A DNA stretch of 64,000 nucleotides from a virus. Within the stretch, counting starts at the first letter, position 1, and each line of letters starts with the position of its first letter. The DNA lies in the IMG/VR virus record IMGVR_UViG_3300030019_000008; one strand, written 5' to 3'. The translations under genes were made by a program, and so were the position numbers. Shown in pieces: positions 60,200 to 64,000 of this stretch. Below the pieces are notes generated by a model. The model searched no databases, was not told where the DNA came from, and was given only the letters and a program-made list of their open reading frames with translations.

Positions 60200-60661
60200 T
60201 TAGCCGAAGATCTGTCTGTGGGTGCCATTGTAGCTTTGCCAGATATCAGGATCAGCAAAGAAGTTGAATACCTCCTTGGGAGCATCAAACTCAGGCTTGA
60301 AGATTTGATTGGAGAGATAGGCTTGGAATAGATCAGCAGTTTGCTTGAAACGTGCAGCCACCCTTTCGAAATCATCGACACTATATTCAATCCTCTCATA
60401 GCCATCATCATCGGCTTTGGTGAGGTAGATGGATGTGATGGAGTACATGCCAATGTACGCTTTACTGATCTGAAGATTGGCGGTCAGACAGTAGTCGGTG
60501 TGACTGATGTTGAATTGAATACCCGCGATAGCCTGACGAAATTCACTGAAGTCATGATTGCAGCCGCGCAATTCGATATTGAAGCCGAGTTCAGAGGGGA
60601 TGCTCAGCGCTTCTTCAAGCGCAGCCTTGAGCTCAGTCGCATTCTTAAAGATTCTTTCCAT
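60200..60661 (-). CDS. hypothetical protein, putative paralog family D
   Basis: 153 aa, AAGGA RBS. Confidence 0.75.
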   Translation of the reverse strand: MERIFKNATELKAALEEALSIPSELGFNIELRGCNHDFSEFRQAIAGIQFNISHTDYCLTANLQISKAYIGMYSITSIYLTKADDDGYERIEYSVDDFERVAARFKQTADLFQAYLSNQIFKPEFDAPKEVFNFFADPDIWQSYNGTHRQIFG

Positions 60662-60677
60662 CTTTGATTATTCCTTG

Positions 60678-61223
60678 TTAAACAGCCATGATGGTGACTC
60701 GGGCTTTACTAGCATGAGCCTGATTGACATCATTCAAAAACATAAGAAAGCCACGTCGGAGAGACTGAGTCTTCTCTGCTGTGAAGGGTATGTCCATTAG
60801 GATAAATGAACCCCTGATATTTGAACAGTGGAGAGCATATCTGTTACTGGCTGCGAGGAGTGCTTCGTACGGGTAGGAGATCAGGATGTTCTCATTGAGG
60901 TCATCAGGGATTATGAATTCAATGGACTCCACCGAAAGAGTCTCTTCCCCTCTGATAGACCATGCTCTGGTAGTGTGAAGGGTGAAGGGAAAATTGATTT
61001 TATGGGTGTGGATATCCCCGGTGATTTGAAAGTGCTGAATGCGCCGATCACTGACCATCCGCTTCCAAGCTATGTCGTACGAGTCCTTTGTGAGATCGAA
61101 CTTTACGACATAGTCGGGGTTATTCTGGTAATCGGGATTGGAAAACTCAAAGAAGCGAGTGAACGCATCAGTGAGCCTTTGAGGAGCAAGCTCATCAAAG
61201 AGTACTTCAATATGTTCAGTCAT
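60678..61223 (-). CDS. hypothetical protein
   Basis: 181 aa, GAGGA RBS. Confidence 0.75.
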   Translation of the reverse strand: MTEHIEVLFDELAPQRLTDAFTRFFEFSNPDYQNNPDYVVKFDLTKDSYDIAWKRMVSDRRIQHFQITGDIHTHKINFPFTLHTTRAWSIRGEETLSVESIEFIIPDDLNENILISYPYEALLAASNRYALHCSNIRGSFILMDIPFTAEKTQSLRRGFLMFLNDVNQAHASKARVTIMAV

Positions 61224-61247
61224 GATTGTTTATATCCTCTATTCTTT

Positions 61248-61799
61248 TTAAGGCTGAAGGTTGACGGCGGTATCAGAGCCGTACTGAAGAACTACGTCAT
61301 CGCGCAGCAGATACCGAACGAATTCCTGAGAAGCATTGATGTAACAGTTCATACCGGTGCGAGTATCCAGGATAGCCTGCACAACACTACTGAATTGATT
61401 GGCAAAATTATTGACGGCTTTACAGAACATGTCGATCTTGTATTCGACCTGCATCTTGGCTTTAACGGCACCGTTATTGTAGCTGATATCGGTCGATATG
61501 CTAATCGCCTCAATATCAAATGATGCTTTACCTTCAGAGATGCTTTCACCGTGCTCTTTGAGCACAATCAGGATGGGCACACTCGTAAGGCCGTTGATTG
61601 CCGCCGACATAGTCAGAGTGCGTGAATTAAAGACGCCCAGATGAGTATCCATATGCAGGCCACGAATGCGAGGAATAAAAGTAATCTGTTGATCCACGAG
61701 TGCGGCTTCGAGATGAACAGCCGCATTAAGTTTGCTCAGGACATTCTGAACTGTGGTGAGTTGCGTGAAGTCTTCGGGGGAGTTGAGCTTGGTAGGCAT
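61248..61799 (-). CDS. hypothetical protein, putative paralog family D
   Basis: 183 aa, AGGAG RBS. Confidence 0.75.
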   Translation of the reverse strand: MPTKLNSPEDFTQLTTVQNVLSKLNAAVHLEAALVDQQITFIPRIRGLHMDTHLGVFNSRTLTMSAAINGLTSVPILIVLKEHGESISEGKASFDIEAISISTDISYNNGAVKAKMQVEYKIDMFCKAVNNFANQFSSVVQAILDTRTGMNCYINASQEFVRYLLRDDVVLQYGSDTAVNLQP

Positions 61800-61851
61800 G
61801 AGTCTTTCTCCTGTTCATGTATGTGTGAATGGCTGATATAGCCATACCCCC

Positions 61852-61877
61852 TCACATCCCTTACATAAGGGATGTGA
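61852..61877 (-). terminator. hairpin
   Basis: 12-bp perfect inverted repeat. Confidence 0.6.
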
Positions 61878-61920
61878 AAGTGTGCTGTTAGTTCAGATGT
61901 TAGTCTAACACTTCTTTATG

Positions 61921-62421
61921 TTAGCGATAGCGCAGGATAGTGGATCTCCTGACTCCGTATTCGCGAATGGTTTTCTCACAGGTCAAGAACGACATCAGTT
62001 CATCAGTGCCGTTGATCGTGAAATGGATGCCCTGTCTGACTTCATCCATCTTCTGCTTCATGGCATTGACCACATTTTGGAATCCCTTCAGCGCTGCTTC
62101 AAAGCTCTCAGGGGTGTAGCTGAAGACGGTGGATGTTTTGGCAAGATCTGTCGGATCATTGGCCATCATGACCTCGATAGCAAGAACATCGAATCCTTCA
62201 TAATCCTCAGCATTACGGATCAGGTAGATGCCGGCGTTGAGTCCATTGACGAACTCACAATTGATCGTAATTCTGTCACTATCGAGGTCAAGGAGAACCA
62301 TATCTCCAGACCCGACACGCGAGCACAACCCAATGGGTTGCTGGCTGATCCCAGGATCAATCTGTAGCATCTCATTGAATGCGCAAAACACATCACCGAG
62401 GGTATTGTAGCATTGCTTCAT
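61921..62421 (-). CDS. hypothetical protein, putative paralog family D
   Basis: 166 aa, AAGGA RBS. Confidence 0.75.
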   Translation of the reverse strand: MKQCYNTLGDVFCAFNEMLQIDPGISQQPIGLCSRVGSGDMVLLDLDSDRITINCEFVNGLNAGIYLIRNAEDYEGFDVLAIEVMMANDPTDLAKTSTVFSYTPESFEAALKGFQNVVNAMKQKMDEVRQGIHFTINGTDELMSFLTCEKTIREYGVRRSTILRYR

Positions 62422-62449
62422 TTGTCGTTCCTTTTTTATGGTGAGGGTA

Positions 62450-62485
62450 TGAATCCACTACTCCTATTGTGGAGTAGTGGATTCA
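62450..62485 (-). terminator. hairpin
   Basis: 15-bp perfect stem. Confidence 0.65.
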
Positions 62486-62503
62486 GTGATCTAGAAATTC
62501 AGA

Positions 62504-63070
62504 TCAGAACACACCGGTCATGGTTGCACCATGCACTTCGGCTTTTGCCTGACTGGTGAGGTACGGAATGTAGCTGTTGAAGATGTCCGGCATCTGAACC
62601 TCGGACTCAGATTCAGCAATGTAGAAGTTGACGTTCTCGGCCAGTTCAGAGAAGTGGTAGTTGGCGTTGAGCCATTGCGCATAGGTGTACTTGACATCGA
62701 TGCTGGTCATGGGTTCATCTTCGTCCACGGTGCACAGAGTGATGCTCTCCACCTTCATGAACTTGCGGGTCTTATCCGTGAAGACCAGGTGGATCTTGGC
62801 ATCAGGTCCATCCCAATCAGGACAGAAGGACACATCGATTGAGACAGCCCACGCTGACATCGACTTGATCGGAAGAATGCCGGTATTGAAATCGTTGTCG
62901 CCGGAATCGCAGAAGTGGCACGGAATGCTATTCATCTCGCCGAAGAGAAAGTTGGTAGCCAGGTTCAGCTGCTGACACACCAGTTCGATCGTGAGCTTCT
63001 CGGTTTCGATGAGAACCTCAGCCACAGCCTGGGGGTAGTTGGTCATGTAGACAATCATTTCGTTACTCAT
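62504..63070 (-). CDS. acidic hypothetical protein, putative paralog family D
   Basis: 188 aa, AAGGAG RBS. Confidence 0.75.
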   Translation of the reverse strand: MSNEMIVYMTNYPQAVAEVLIETEKLTIELVCQQLNLATNFLFGEMNSIPCHFCDSGDNDFNTGILPIKSMSAWAVSIDVSFCPDWDGPDAKIHLVFTDKTRKFMKVESITLCTVDEDEPMTSIDVKYTYAQWLNANYHFSELAENVNFYIAESESEVQMPDIFNSYIPYLTSQAKAEVHGATMTGVF

Positions 63071-63182
63071 GAGTGTTTCTCCTTTTCATGCATATTTAAA
63101 AGCACCATACAGCCTCTACAGTCTATTTAATTGACAATAGAGGCTGGTAGTGTGTGTTCAAGATTTGAATTCGTTGTAGAGC

Positions 63183-63578
63183 TTATTTGCGCACCATCCT
63201 AGTGATGTCGTCGAGCCATTCTTCATAGCTCAATTCAAAACCCGCAAACCAGGTCTCGTGGTTGTCATGCAGGTAGTGCGCCAGTTGTTCAGGTGTTTCA
63301 CAGGCCGGACTGATCGGGGTGCCTTCAGAGGTGACCTCATACATCATGTAATGAGTCTTCTCATCACCAGTCCATTCAGGCATATAGTAGTCCTGGCGAG
63401 GACGCCTGCCCATGTCCGCGATAGCAGCCTTTTCACCGTGGTTCATTGCGAAGTTATTGAATTCTTTAAGATCCCCAGCAAACTGATTGAAATTCAACAA
63501 CGGCTTATACTTACCATACGCGTTCTTGGGGTGCTCCCAATTAGCAGGAACCATCCGTACTTCACGAGTTGGCATCAC
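63183..63578 (-). CDS. conserved phage hypothetical protein
   Basis: REVRMVPANWEHP...YEVTSEGTPISP...PEQLAHYL pattern seen in many phage proteins. Confidence 0.75.
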   Translation of the reverse strand: MMPTREVRMVPANWEHPKNAYGKYKPLLNFNQFAGDLKEFNNFAMNHGEKAAIADMGRRPRQDYYMPEWTGDEKTHYMMYEVTSEGTPISPACETPEQLAHYLHDNHETWFAGFELSYEEWLDDITRMVRK

Positions 63579-63785
63579 TTATCCTTTCACATCAATTCTT
63601 GTCAATAATAACAAGCATGCTTTGACAGCACATCTTGATTTTCTTGAAGTACTCATTATCACTGGCAATTTCTGCTTCCAAGGCAGATTGTCCAGGAGGA
63701 GGAGCTGGGGTTTCCGAAGGGCGGATGTCGCGTGTGATGCCATTCTTTTTGAAATAGCCTTCAAGCGAGTAGCCAGTTTTCTCAA
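63579..63785 (-). CDS. small hypothetical protein (frame uncertain; alternative 63592..63828)
   Basis: two overlapping candidate ORFs fill this gap. Confidence 0.35.
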   Translation of the reverse strand: MRKLATRLKAISKRMASHATSALRKPQLLLLDNLPWKQKLPVIMSTSRKSRCAVKACLLLLTRIDVKG

Positions 63786-63970
63786 CCGACATCGGTGTTG
63801 TCCGCAGGATTCTTCTTACCAGCAGCAAGATCTTTCAAAATCTTCTCCTTAGCAAGATGGCGCTTAGTGATCTGCTCTTTAATAAATGCTGGCGTGATAG
63901 TCTGCTCACCACACTCAGATAAGGGCAGTCCATTAAACGTAAGGCTATTGGAATATTTATCAAAATTCAC
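63782..63970 (-). CDS. small hypothetical protein
   Basis: 62 aa, GAGG RBS before GTG. Confidence 0.55.
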   Translation of the reverse strand: MNFDKYSNSLTFNGLPLSECGEQTITPAFIKEQITKRHLAKEKILKDLAAGKKNPADNTDVG

Positions 63971-64000
63971 TAGAGTTACCTCATGAAGTTTAGTGAGATT

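Overview
This 64 kb window is from a nucleus-forming jumbo phage (phiKZ-like, Chimalliviridae). Positions 1-40.4 kb carry the conserved core. On the minus strand are the phage-nucleus and non-virion RNA polymerase block (gp70-like, PicA/Imp1-like, sigma-like nvRNAP subunit, ChmC-like, SbcD nuclease, nvRNAP beta' subunit, chimallin), a family-B DNA polymerase, PhuZ tubulin, dCTP deaminase, tail tube and sheath. On the plus strand are baseplate/virion genes and the terminase large subunit. Positions 40.4-64 kb are accessory, almost all on the minus strand: NAD-dependent ligase, a solo QueC-like enzyme, a MazG-like protein and several tandem paralog families. Two RNA elements are not shown by the ORF track. 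(1) A 393-nt ORF-less group I intron (9376-9768) splits the catalytic AD|FDGD motif of the nvRNAP beta' subunit, leaving a hidden second exon at 9193-9375. (2) An ~800-nt, densely base-paired and apparently pseudoknotted non-coding region (~48775-49600, minus strand) has its own candidate promoter and terminator and matches no RNA class I can recognise; it is the best candidate for an undescribed system. The window also has two recurring promoter-like motifs, many long perfect hairpins (often followed by TATGCCG) and a 36-bp loopless palindrome. Core-gene names without diagnostic motifs are assigned from recalled phiKZ-family synteny and size, not from a database search.
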